This document shows positions 40,545 through 51,781 of a stretch of DNA of 64,000 nucleotides, in pieces; position 1 is the stretch's first letter, and every line of letters starts with the position of its first letter. The stretch is from Perkinsus chesapeaki ATCC PRA-425. Taxonomy: Eukaryota; Protista; Perkinsozoa. A program made the translations under genes and the position numbers. Below the pieces are notes generated by a model. That model made no database searches. It had not been told where the DNA came from and worked only from the letters and a program-made list of their open reading frames with translations. Location of the stretch: positions 22,047-86,046 of the forward strand of contig JAAPAO010000088.1 of NCBI GenBank assembly GCA_013115145.1, given 5' to 3'.

Positions 40545-41359
40545 ATGGTACAGCTATCACCAGCACCTCCGCCCCCTAGAGGGGAGATATCGCCAACTGA
40601 AAGTGAACGAGAGGAGACAGCATTACCGCATCACGAAGAGGAGCTCTTGGACTTGCGAAAGGAGGTTATGCTGTCTATTGAGAAGCTATGTAATAGGGAT
40701 TGCTCAGAGAGGGAGAGGTTGGGGCGGTCGGTCTTCCTGAACTGAGAATTCTCTAGCGTGACGGTTGCAGGAAGTGCATTTTTCAATGCTGAGGGATGTA
40801 ATAATGATTATTAAATAATCGGCCGTAATTTCGGGGAATTTTCTCCAAAGCTTGCGAACAGTCAGCCAGATGTATATATTTTAAAGCTTAGACGAGTCGA
40901 ATGATGCGATGGCAGAGGAGATCCGATCCGCGCCGGAGAGCAATTTAACGGAGGCAAGAGAACTGTAATACTGGTGGTGGGGAAACGAATCTCGTGGAAA
41001 TGTTATCGGGTAGACGAAGAAATGTTGAGGGTTCGGGTTGTGGAGGGTGCTCTACAATGCAGGGTGTCAATCGGTGAGGGGAAATAGGTAGCTGGTGAAT
41101 GGAGAGCGTTGAAGAGCACCAGTGGTGGCGACTCTCCAGCATTAGGTGTATTATGAGTGGCATGAGTTGTGGTAGGTATTCCTATATCGAGGAGAATATG
41201 GACGTGCTCGAGAGGAAGTTCCGAAAGCTTCGAGCAATCAATAGGAAATTGGGCCTTCCAGAGGAGGACGGTTGTTGTGGACAACCGAGAATGAAGTTAC
41301 CTATAGGACCTAAAGATCATAGAATAGACGAGGAGGGGGAAAAGGGCATTTATCTTTGA
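40545..41359 (+). CDS. Hypothetical small multi-exon protein
   Basis: ATG 40545 gives MVQLSPAPPPPRGEISPTESEREE..., followed by several AG/GT(GC)-bounded open exons and a final exon YSYIEENMDVLERKFRKLRAINRKLG...*. Confidence 0.4.
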
Positions 41360-41614
41360 AAACATAGTGTTGAGTTGGGGGAGAGGAGTTGGTCCAACCG
41401 CAGTGTTACTGTAGTAGGGGAATGAAATATTTCATATGGTGCTGAGATATAATAGGGATCCTCTATTAGAGTATATTACTGGTCGATTGTGTGCGTTGGT
41501 CTGGGAACATTTGGAGCATCGAACTTTCGCCAATTCGATCGCCGCTGTAGCTACTAAAATGAAGAGCGCTTGACGCCTCGCTCATAATGTGCCTATTCCA
41601 GTTTTTAATCATTG

Positions 41615-44302
41615 ATGGTATTGGCGATAACTCCACTAGGAGGGCGGCGATGTCCGACTGTTGTGGCGGTGGTGCCATGCCGGTGTTGCTCGACGTTGGT
41701 GCAGCGAGTGCCCGACGGTCGGCTGCTGTTCACATGGGAGGGAAAAAGAGATGGAAGCAAGCTGCGGAAGGCGGAGATATTAGTGGCTCTATCGGAGGAT
41801 AAGATCGGCGGGCTTTCTAATGAGGAGCTGAAGCAATATGTGTTGGCCGCGGTGAAGGGTCGAGGGGACTTCGATCGAGCCAGCCGCCTGTGGTCGACCG
41901 TTCGAGACGAGATTTTGCGGCGCGTGACGGATTTGCATCCGGCTGATTTAACGGCGTTACTGAATGCTGTCGCTAGAGGAGGCGTCCGGGAGGCTGATCG
42001 ATTATGTGAGGCGGCAGCGGATCACGCCCGGGAGAATTTGGTTCTCTTCACTCCGGGGTACCTTGCTCAGTTTATGTCATCTTTGGCCAACCTGAATACC
42101 AGTGTGAGACGTCCGGCTGTGAAGGCTTTCGTAGAACAGCTTCAGGAGCATTTGATTGGCGGTGGGCTCAGCAATAAGTGGTCGCCCAGGGACGGCGCAG
42201 TGCTGGTGGGGGCGATCGTGAAATTGAGCAAGAGCGGGAGGGGGTATGATGACCTATGCAAGCTTATAGGTGATGTTATTCTGCTCCCTGAAGTTAGCAG
42301 ATTCCAGCCGATTGAATTTGCGACGGTTGCTGCAGCGTTCTCGAAGCTTCCCATGAGCTGCGGTCGAAGGGTTATGCGGGAAATGGCTCGAGTGCTTCCG
42401 GATAGGTTTGCCGAGTTTGGCGAGCAGGAATTGTGCAACACGGTGCAGGCGTACGCTCGATTGGAGATGTGGGAGACGGCGGTATTCACTGCGGCCTCAT
42501 ACGCTCTGTTGAAGTCGAGGCGGTCCATGACTCCGATCGGTCTTAGTTCGATTGCCAGCACTTATTCGAAGCTTTCTATGGTGGACGCTCGGCTTCTCGA
42601 CTATTTGCTCAGGCAAGCGCTTGCATGTCTGGACCGAACGGGGAAGGGAAGAGACGCTTTTAAACGACAGGAATTGGCACTGTTTCTAAACTCTATGGTG
42701 CAGTTGACGATAGGGCAAAGGAGGGAGCTGAGCTCGGAGGGGTGGGGGATACTGGCAATGCTCTTTCAGCGCTACGCTGGGATGGAGTCCTCTCGGGAAG
42801 AGTACAAGTTCAATGCAATGGTGGCGAGAGCGGTTGGTCGCTGCATTCGTGCTGGAAGGCTCCCGGCAGAGGTTTTGGAAGGTCATCTGAGACCGCCGTT
42901 GAAATCACAGCCTACACCGACATTGCAAGATTATGCTTGCATATTGAATGCGGCGTTTGAAGCGCTAGAGGTGTCAGAAAGCGTAGAGCTCGGCGACTTT
43001 ACCTGGGTCACGCAAGGGGTAGCATCAGCGATATTGAGGGAGCCAGAAAATAGCAAGCAAGTGTGCATATGTCTGCAGGGCATGGCCGTGCTCGAGTTGG
43101 GCGAGAAGGCACTGTGGGAGCTGATGCTGCGGAGTATCTTCCCTGATGAGGGCCCGAGGCATTTGCCGGTGGGAGAGTTGGCGACAACGCTTAGGGCTTT
43201 GAGGAAGGTTTCGCGGCGCGGTGACGCTTGGCGAGACGTTGCTGTTGGATATGTGCAGTATGTGGAGCGGTGCTTCTCTGGGTTGATCGACTATGAGGTT
43301 TTGGACCTTCCCTCGGCAGTTTCAATTTATCACTCTATCGGTGGAATCCTTCCCGAAGATACTAATGGCCGCAGCGAGCTTTTGAAGTGGATATCAGCTA
43401 GAGTGTCCCAGCTCGACGCACGAGACGCCGCGTTGTTGCTGTCGGCTGTGTGTCACGCGCCACAAAATTCAGAGTATGTGGAGAAGCTGCTCCCTCTGGC
43501 TTGTCGGAAGGCCGAAGAGCTTTCAGTGTCTGATCTCTTCCATGTTATACGTTCCTGTGCATCGCTTAGTCTAACAGGCGAGCAGCGGGATGCTCTGTTG
43601 AATGCGCTGAAGAATGCCACTTTAACACCGAAGCTCTGCACCAGTTTCCTATCCGCCTTGGAGCGACAAACAGTTCAAGACTTGTCGGATTTCACCGATG
43701 TGCTGGCCCAGATATACACCGGGCTCAACTCGGCTGCTGGCGAAAAGCTGGCACATTTGGAGGAGCTTGCGGTTTTGGGACTAAGAGATGATGCCCTCAG
43801 AATACTCCACCTCGCCACGGGCGCGCTCCCACCACTTCAAAGATTGCGGTATCACGCATGCGCACGTTGGTTGGCTATTGGGGAACCGACTATCCCTGAT
43901 TGGAAATTCATCGATGGATTTGTGAAGCAGCTTCATCAGTACCCTCCGGAGAGACTGGCTCGCTGGGCTCGAGGCCTTGCTCTGGATGGCGCCTGCCCTC
44001 GGCACGTTGTAACAGTTGTTACCAGGGGAGCGTTAGGGAGTGCAGCAGGTGGCCGAGGCGTGGCGCATGTGCTGCCCCTGGTTGATTTGACTGCGTTCAC
44101 CTTGCCGGAGCTTCGAGCGGCCGAAGATGCATTGGAGCACGCTACTCGAGCAGATGATGGTGTGGCTCCGTCGATGATCCAGGAGAGCGTTCTTGAAGCC
44201 CTGACCGCAGCATTGAGAAGTTCGGCCAATAGCACTGTGGAGACTCGCAGTGAAGCCTCCGTTCTGCGGTATACCATCGACGCTTTGATAATTACTTCGT
44301 GA
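41615..44302 (+). CDS. Intronless helical-repeat protein (HPR/OPR/FASTK-like), probable organellar RNA-binding protein, about 895 aa
   Basis: One 2.7-kb ORF. Repeats start LHPADL, FTPGYL, WSPRDG, FQPIEF, FGEQEL, MTPIGL and FKRQEL at spacings of 38, 44, 41, 38, 37 and 44 aa. The N-terminus is Arg-rich and acid-poor. Confidence 0.7.
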   Translation: MVLAITPLGGRRCPTVVAVVPCRCCSTLVQRVPDGRLLFTWEGKRDGSKLRKAEILVALSEDKIGGLSNEELKQYVLAAVKGRGDFDRASRLWSTVRDEILRRVTDLHPADLTALLNAVARGGVREADRLCEAAADHARENLVLFTPGYLAQFMSSLANLNTSVRRPAVKAFVEQLQEHLIGGGLSNKWSPRDGAVLVGAIVKLSKSGRGYDDLCKLIGDVILLPEVSRFQPIEFATVAAAFSKLPMSCGRRVMREMARVLPDRFAEFGEQELCNTVQAYARLEMWETAVFTAASYALLKSRRSMTPIGLSSIASTYSKLSMVDARLLDYLLRQALACLDRTGKGRDAFKRQELALFLNSMVQLTIGQRRELSSEGWGILAMLFQRYAGMESSREEYKFNAMVARAVGRCIRAGRLPAEVLEGHLRPPLKSQPTPTLQDYACILNAAFEALEVSESVELGDFTWVTQGVASAILREPENSKQVCICLQGMAVLELGEKALWELMLRSIFPDEGPRHLPVGELATTLRALRKVSRRGDAWRDVAVGYVQYVERCFSGLIDYEVLDLPSAVSIYHSIGGILPEDTNGRSELLKWISARVSQLDARDAALLLSAVCHAPQNSEYVEKLLPLACRKAEELSVSDLFHVIRSCASLSLTGEQRDALLNALKNATLTPKLCTSFLSALERQTVQDLSDFTDVLAQIYTGLNSAAGEKLAHLEELAVLGLRDDALRILHLATGALPPLQRLRYHACARWLAIGEPTIPDWKFIDGFVKQLHQYPPERLARWARGLALDGACPRHVVTVVTRGALGSAAGGRGVAHVLPLVDLTAFTLPELRAAEDALEHATRADDGVAPSMIQESVLEALTAALRSSANSTVETRSEASVLRYTIDALIITS

Positions 44303-44599
44303 CATACTGCTGTTGACATGACCGTTTCTGGACAACCTTTTGTTAGGGTGTTAGTGGCTTTGAATAGAAGCATCTTCGAATCAATTGTGTGCTGTGTCCC
44401 CGTATGGCGCTGTGATCCGGATGCAGTTCCTGTGCATGTGCGTTCTAGATAGTGAATGACTGTCAATGATGGTTGCTATTGCATTATAAACCATATAATT
44501 GTATATAAGTATAGATAATATCAACTTGTATCATATTCAGTTTACGGTGTTATCTTCTCGACTGTCTCAAGGCATCTCGCCTTCCCCTCATTTGGGATC

Positions 44600-45298
44600 A
44601 TGTCGGACGCACCAACAACAAGTTCATCTCCTGCTGCTGCCTCTAGTCGCATCAGAAACCTAACTCATTCACTCAAGCATCAAAGCGCTCATGTATACCT
44701 GTGCATGTTTTTCGCGCTGATGGGGACTATGTCATTGATACTGTTCATTACCACTCGTTCGGGTTTATGGTTGGTTCTGCTTGCTGGCTCGGCGACTCTC
44801 ACGGTGGTCGTTTTCCTCACTAGACCTGCCTACACTCATGCGGCTCGCCTGGCAATAGCTAGAGGTGACAGAAAGAAGAAGCTTAACAAAAAGGTTACGA
44901 TTGATGTGGATAAAGTGGCGCCTGTGACGTGCCAACCCTGCGGGGAATCTTGCTCCATTTGCTTGGGCGAGTTCCCGGCCAATCGCAAGGCGTCTATTGC
45001 CTATTCTTCTACTTCGTCGGCGGTGATGATGATGAATTCTGTTAACGACTTGAGCATATCTTCCAGTTGCACTATTGGTTCTGTGGCCACTGTTGCTACT
45101 GATTTCGAGCCTTGTGGGAAAGTTGATGTTTCCCAAGGCAGCCAAGATGACGAGGAATATAGAACTCTCCCTTGTGGCCATTCTTATCACAGTAAATGTT
45201 TGCTAGGATGGATTAAACACGAGGGCGATGACTTTTCCTGTCCACTTTGTCGCTGGAGGCCCGCTTTGGAGGGAACGGCAATCTGTACGGCGGTGTAG
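44600..45298 (+). CDS. RING-H2 (C3H2C3) E3 ligase-like membrane protein, 232 aa, intronless
   Basis: Two N-terminal hydrophobic helices, then CSICLGEF...RTLPCGHSYHSKCLLGW...CPLCR. Confidence 0.85.
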   Translation: MSDAPTTSSSPAAASSRIRNLTHSLKHQSAHVYLCMFFALMGTMSLILFITTRSGLWLVLLAGSATLTVVVFLTRPAYTHAARLAIARGDRKKKLNKKVTIDVDKVAPVTCQPCGESCSICLGEFPANRKASIAYSSTSSAVMMMNSVNDLSISSSCTIGSVATVATDFEPCGKVDVSQGSQDDEEYRTLPCGHSYHSKCLLGWIKHEGDDFSCPLCRWRPALEGTAICTAV

Positions 45299-46936
45299 AC
45301 GCCATGATAATATTTCACCAGTTGCACAGCTTTAAGTGGCCTTGGTATTTGCGACCATCTACTATAATAAAAGAATCAACGAGTTAACCAACAAGTGCAT
45401 TGATCCAGCCACTTGTGGTTCTTTTTTACACAGCTGTTAAAAGTTTGCTCGTCTTCTTTCGTCGCCTTCACTGCCAGGCCGTCTTTTCTGGTATCGAGCC
45501 AATAGGCTGCTAACTCACTGTAGCGATTGGCTCGTTTGCGTGCGGCTATGTATTATCTCAACCGGCAACATCTACACCGGTACTGTGTTGAACTGTCTCC
45601 AAAGCCCACTATCATCTGTTGAAACTATTGGATACTTCATTTATTCGATCTTCATTATCAACGGACTAACTAAGTCTCGTGTGGCTGATAGCCTTTAAGT
45701 GTCGTTTATGTCTTCAATACTTGAATGCGGAAGAATCTTTCTGCACTGCTGCCTTATTATTACTATATTATGCTGCGCCGTTTAGAAGTGCCCACTGTAA
45801 GGCTTTGGACAGTGGGTGGCAATCTGACAGACGCCGTAGAATCACAGGATAGATTACTCTGGTGTGGAATCTAGCCACTTTTCGACTGCTCTACTTTACT
45901 GTATGTAGTTGACACAGGTTAAAGAGTAACCTATCTATGGTGGCCTAATCGCTGCCTTAGCTGGGGCGTCTGCTCCCCCATCTTTCCAATACTCTATTTT
46001 GTGGCTTCTAGTGAAAAGAACGCCCTCGTATCAGTTTGTTTATCTCCTATTTCGATTTTAGGCTTTCGCTCTCAGAACCTCACAGGCGTGCTGCTGCTGC
46101 TGCTAGTAGTACAGTGTAGTTGAAGTAGTACGTTATTTCTGTGTCCTCGGAGCAACTACTTTGGATCGTTTCATTGACGATGCTCCGAAGGTTTGCTGTA
46201 GAATGGAATGTAGTAGAGGTTGTGTTAGCGGCCTTAACAACTAAAAGAGTTGATCGCGTCATGTTATCGACGACACTCTTTATTACTGCACTCTCTGTGA
46301 CCATCTTTTGGCGTCCAGCAACTAGTTGCAGACCCCTATACACATTACCGCAGACATTATATACCGTCATTCTGCCTATCTTCATTCGCCCATCAGTGCG
46401 AGGCATTGGTATCTTCGATGACAGCTAAGTCGTTAGAGTCGCTACTGGGCGTGCGGCTCATTAATAGCTGGCTCAGCTATACACAGATTGGCGAGCCGGC
46501 GGGACGGCTGTTTGGAGGTGCCTATTCTTGTCCTCGTTTTACCCATTGCTGTATAGAGATTTGGGGATAGCATTTCTCTAACAGTAGCTGCTGTATTAGC
46601 TCCACAGTGTGATGCAAGTCATTCCCTTAGTACTTGATCGTGGCCCATCACCTGTGGTTGCTTAGTTCGCCACTGCTACTACAGTGTGCGCTGATCTAGC
46701 CTGGGATAGGATGCTCGGCTAGTGTATATCTTTGGTAGTTATAACTTGATGTAGAAGGCAGACTTTGTCGTTTATGGAGCAAGACAAGTTGACGCTTCAC
46801 ATTAACGACTATTCGGAATTGTGTTTGTTAATTCGGACTCTACTGCCTATCCCTATGGTAGCTGGCTCAACAGAATCCTCAAGGATAATTCTAAGAATGT
46901 TATATTGAGCCGACAGTCGAGGGTTGTTTCGTCACA

Positions 46937-48421
46937 ATGGCTGTTGCCGGCGAAACCGTCGACGTTGCCTCGTCTGTCGAGTCCACCAATGTCACGATTA
47001 CGACACAAAAGACGGGACACGATCCATCAGAAAGTAAGGCAGGAGGCCGCCGAGCCGCAAGTAGAGAGACGACGCTGTGCTAGATGATGCGAATGAGAGT
47101 GAAGAGATACGAGCGCAACAAGTCGCTGATGCCGTCAGTGATACCGAACCCGATGAGTGTAAGAGAGGGACTGTAGCGTGCATTGCTATTGAGCCTGGAC
47201 AGATTCCCCTACACCTTCCGGCAGCTCCGACGGCGATGGTAGGGCCTCGAGTGCGAGCGAGCGCGGCGGTTTGGGAATGTCAGAAAGTGAAAGCCAAAAT
47301 GGAGGTCACTCGAGCAGCCTTCTTTCGAGCCCTATAACGAGCGACACAATTTCCGAACCGGCTACTTTTGGGCAGCACAGTGCGGCGGTCACGCAGACCG
47401 CTGTTAGCGCGTCGCCTAGAGAGTATGCGCAGCGAACTACACGTGGAATGGGGCTCTTCTCGGCCACAGGTGAGAGTAGCTCCTTTCCGGAAGGACCTTC
47501 CGTACTTGACTTCGATAATCAGGAATAATGACCAACTACCCCACAACGGCACCACCGATCGTCAAGATTATTAAGGTCGTTATACTAGGCGATGCTGCAG
47601 TGGGCAAAACATCTTTAATTCAAAGGTGACCCTCGACATCGTAGCGACTCCCCGGTGCCCGCGAGCAGGTACATGCACGGTAGCTTCTCACACCACAGCT
47701 ACAAGCCAACAGTGGGCGCAGACTTTTACAGCAAGAAATTAGATGTCATCCCGGATCAAGTCGCTGGCTACAAGTGCGCTGTGAATATGCAAATCTGGGA
47801 TACTGCTGGGCAGGCAAGGTATCTTCCATGATGCATTGCCACCTCTGAGCTCCTAGGAGCGATTCCGATCACTTGGGGCGTCGTTCTATCGCGGCGCTGA
47901 CGCTTGCATTCTCGTCTGCGACGTCTCCCGTCAAAACGGCCTGAAGAATGTTCTCGAATGGAGACGAGATTTTCTCAAGCATGCGGATCCCGATGAGCGT
48001 AGGTCCAGTGGCGTTGGCACGTCTTAGTAGTCGCAAGTTCAGCGGACAAGTTCCCTTTCGTTTTCGTGGCCAACAAGACAGACCTTCCTGAGCACGCCTT
48101 CGCGAAGTCCGACTTGACGCGTCTGGTTTCCAAGATGCGAGAGGAGCGTCCATCATGCCCTGACTATCCTATAGTGATGGCCTCTGCAGAGAACGGCTCG
48201 GGTGTCTCGCAAGTGTTTGAGTTGGCTGGTTTGGCGGCGGTACAACGCGCCAACGAAAATGACCGACGGTTCTCCCCGAATGGACTTCCTGGTAGATTAC
48301 CCCTTTCTGTGTGATGACTAATTCCACTTTAGGTGATCCTGGTTCAACAGGCACAGGAGCAATAATGCTCGCGAACGGTATGCACACTGTGGCACGGCAG
48401 GGGACTTGTGCTGGGTGCTGA
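46937..48421 (+). CDS. Rab7-like small GTPase with a probable long low-complexity N-terminal extension (alternative start ATG 47528)
   Basis: IKVVILGDAAVGKTSLI, YKPTVGADFYSK, QIWDTAGQ|ERFRSLGASFYRGADACILV, FVFVANKTDL, ASAENG, and C-terminus ...GTCAGC*. The upstream exon ending at 47469 splices in frame. Confidence 0.88.
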
Positions 48422-48591
48422 TGATGCCTTTGTATTCTTTGAGTTTGCCTATTCTCATGATTATGATGTTCATTTTCGAACCATTCCTCGTGCCTTTGAA
48501 TTATACAGTGCATTTAGAAGCCCATCTGCCGTAGAGAACAAGGAACTTACAACTGTTATGGTGAGGTGCGTGTAGAAATATTCAAATACAA

Positions 48592-48663
48592 AGTCGCTAC
48601 CCGGATTTGAACCGGGGTTGTCACGGCCACAACGTGACGTCCTAACCACTAGACGATAGCGAC
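48592..48663 (-). tRNA. tRNA-His (anticodon GTG), intronless
   Basis: Reverse complement GTCGCTA TCGTCTAGTGGTTAGGAC G TCACG TT GTG GC CGTGA CAA CCCGG TTCAAAT CCGGG TAGCGAC; acceptor, anticodon and T stems pair fully. Confidence 0.96.
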
Positions 48664-48980
48664 TCTATAAATACTCTAAATTGGCACTCTCGGCCCCGCC
48701 GGACGGTATCCTAACGATCTCTCAACCTGTTCTTCCATTTTTCATGTCTAGACTCTATAATGAAATTTGAGTACTGCGGTGCTAGTCTTATTCGACTTGC
48801 GCCGGTGAGCTTGAACCTCTCACACGCTACTTCTCAAACCCGACAGTGCATCGTTACTCGGCACGTAGGACACATAAAAGATGTTACTCTTGCACAACGC
48901 GTTCCTCTTTTTCACGGTGAAAAGACGACTAGTAGCGTATGGCGAATTTGGTATACAATCTGAGTAAATAGCCCAAGTTA

Positions 48981-50400
48981 TTATAGAAACAGGAACCATA
49001 AGGTAGTCGCTACAACAGCGGTTATACAGATGATAGGGGCCAGCATTCCAGTCGAGGGAGGCGGTGAGGGGTAGCCGGCTTTTCTACTGTACCGTCGAGC
49101 CATTTTCTCAAGGAACATCTGAGAGTAAATCTTCGCGCGTACGATCGCCACGGATGGTGGTCTTACCTCGGGTACCACGGTGCGTGCAAGGATCCCAACC
49201 TTGCCACTCGCTTGGCTCGTCACGACTTCCCGCCGGCCCAACGCCGCTTTAGACATGATGTCCTTGGCAACGTATCTGCATGCCATTACTCTCTGTGTTT
49301 TACACGAGGCCGCTTTGTATGTCGGCACAGACCTACTCCGGGCTGGAACCGCTAGCGGCATTAACGTCGTGCACGCCGCATTTGGTGCCATCATCGAGCA
49401 TTGCATTCTCCGAGTGCTCACTATTGATGTAGCCAGGAAGGCACATTGTAACACGGCCAGCCCCCGCGGCTTCAAGCTCAGCACGAAGACTGTCAAAGTA
49501 GCTGAGAATCACTGTAACTGGTGGGCGAGCGGCTCATGGGCTTACCCTAACTGAGCGTGCTTGGCTGCTGCATAGGCCGATCGCCCACCTTGGCCGAACT
49601 TCCCTTGAACACTCGACACCTGTGTCACAGTGGGCTTAACTTAGCGGTGCATTTCGTACTTGTATTAAATGGGGTGTATATTTACGAGAATGGGCCGACT
49701 TGAACCACTCCGGGAGAAGTCCTTTGGCTATTGCGACTTGCCCGAAGAAATTGACTTGCATGTGTTCCCGCAAGACCTGCTCATCAATTCCTATACCATT
49801 CTATCATCCCCCAAACCTCCATGGAGGTATCCAGAGCAGTTCCTCGATAGCCAACACCAGCACAGTTGAACAGAACGTCGACACCTTCATCTGAAGGCTG
49901 CGTCAACGGGGGCATCAAATGGCGCAAGCATACCTCCACAAAGAGACTCGACCTTGGCTGCGGTATCAGCTAACTGCCTATCGGTCGATCGTGCGAGGTC
50001 GACCGGTACGATGTGAACGTCGACCTATAAAGTGAAAGAATCGTGCCAGTTATCAGATGCAGGAGTTCACACAACTTCAACCGCATTCGCAATCGCTAAA
50101 TTCCATTCTATCTAGCGTGGGCAAGTCCGTCCTTACTACCGAAGGGTTCACACCAGTCACCGCCGCCGCCAAGTCCTTCAGTTCCTCCAGTCTTCCCTCC
50201 CTTCGAGCGCTCACTACAAGTACACTAAACCAGTTGAGCTACCAGAACCACCGAGAAGGCATCTTCACCGTGGTTTGGCTTCCTGTATTAAAAGCCTAGC
50301 TATTGCCCTGCCTAGACCTGAGGAGGCCCCGACTACCCAGATGGCCTTGCCGTCGAAGTATCTACGGCTGATTATCAATCACAGTGGAGGACTACTCCAG
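48981..50400 (-). CDS. Short-chain dehydrogenase/reductase (DHRS7-like) with a C-terminal hydrophobic anchor; start approximate
   Basis: Exons read FDGKAIWVVGASSGLGRAIA (Rossmann), VSARREGRLEEL, AGVGYRG, QVNFFGQVAIAK, VSSVQGKFGQGGRSAYAAAKHAQLG|YFDSLRAEL (YxxxK) and PGYINS. The tail is ...IICITAVVATTLWFLFL*. Confidence 0.88.
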
Positions 50401-50766
50401 TCACTACTGAGCAGTTCTCCTATCAATAACATCGCAATTACTCGTCATCTTTGGCTCAATCTAACTGAATGATTGCCCCTCCATAACTACTACCAACTCA
50501 ACAACGTAACAAATGAGAGCTTCCGAATGGTATGAGTCTCGAGTTCCAGCTCGTTCGCAATAAACAGTTGCACGAAGCGGGCCATAATTTATTGAACAGC
50601 CTGTACTACCAACTCAACAAACGTAATTATCAGGATTCCACACAAGCGGAAATGCTACACAACTTGGTATAAATGGACCATCCCCGATGAAGCAAGCAAC
50701 ATCACTAAGGTGAATTCACCCGTCGTATTTGAACTGGTGCTGATTGATCGGGTTGTTATTATTATC

Positions 50767-51664
50767 TTACATCATAACTTTCATGAGCCCGCCTGCTTCC
50801 CATGCCCTCATCCCCTCCTCATCCAGTTGTCTTTCGATCTCCTCTTTGCTCAAAGTCTTCTTTTTCTTCTTAACCGGAGCGTCGGCCTTTTTCTCGTTCG
50901 CCGAGCCTTCAGGAGAATCTCGTTTAATTTGCCGTACAGGAGCGGTGTAATGGAGCTTCTTGCATTTGGCGCCTGCAGAACAAAGCCAAAAAGACATCAC
51001 AAGACAGCCCTTAAGAGCCCGCCCTCCAGCCCCCGGAGATGGCCTTGGTCATCTTACCCTTCTCACAAAATCCAATTTTTTCGAACGACTCGCAGACTGG
51101 TGTATCGACTTTTTTATGAACGTGCATATACTGGCACTTGTCGGCCATAGGGCACTTTCCGTGCCGTAAAAACATCCCACATTCGGGGGTTCGCCGAGGG
51201 TCCTTAGGCCCGGCCAGATCGGGATGATTTAGTGTACACTTTCCACCACGCGAGCAAGTCCCATGAGCCAGCCACCCTTTGCAAAATGCTACTAAGTCAC
51301 GATCGTGGTAATGGTAACATTGATCGCCGTAACGACAGAAGCCAGTCCTAGTAAAATTAAGACAAAGTTGACCCGAAGCAGAAGGATACTTTCGAGAGGA
51401 GGAAGGAGGAGGAGGCTTTGGAACTTGCTCGGTGGTCGAAGAATCGCTCCACCACTGGTAAGGGTAGCTAGTGTAGTCGGAGGAGGATTCCCCGTGCTGG
51501 AAAGTAGACGGGGGAGGAGGAGGTTCGCTCGTCGAACGATATGCGACGCCTTGCATTACTGTACGAGGAAAGCTGACAATACTGGTGGGAACAGTACAAA
51601 GCCGCGGCCGCCGCTGATAAGAATGAAACGGAGACGAGACACAATGTAATTCTCGCTCGCCCAT
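50767..51664 (-). CDS. Tandem CCCH zinc-finger protein (4 fingers; CPSF30/ZC3H3-like)
   Basis: CLNFTRTGFCRYGDQCYHYH, CKGWLAHGTCSRGGKCTLNH, CGMFLRHGKCPMADKCQYMH and CESFEKIGFCEKG|AKCKKLH, then a basic tail. Confidence 0.88.
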
Positions 51665-51781
51665 AAATTAGGAACTGAACGCAAATGAATTTCCGTCTCT
51701 TGTTGGATGAGCCGGCGACCGCTAGGCCTTATGAGGGAGAAGCGGAGATTTGTTCTCAGCTTAGAAATCTTGTCATTAAAC

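Noticed and set aside
46080-46428. Overlapping ORFs on both strands
   Set aside because: No recognisable motifs or convincing splice context.
49091-49112. ACCGTCGAGCCATTTTCTCAAG resembles the dinoflagellate/Perkinsus spliced leader (DCCGTAGCCATYTTGGCTCAAG)
   Set aside because: Needs a 2-nt insertion and a 2-nt deletion, is antisense to an SDR coding exon (FLEKMARR), and no gene starts downstream; most likely chance.
50444-50459. CATCTTTGGCTCAA, a partial spliced-leader-like match
   Set aside because: Short, imperfect, lacks the terminal AG, and is not in front of a plus-strand gene.
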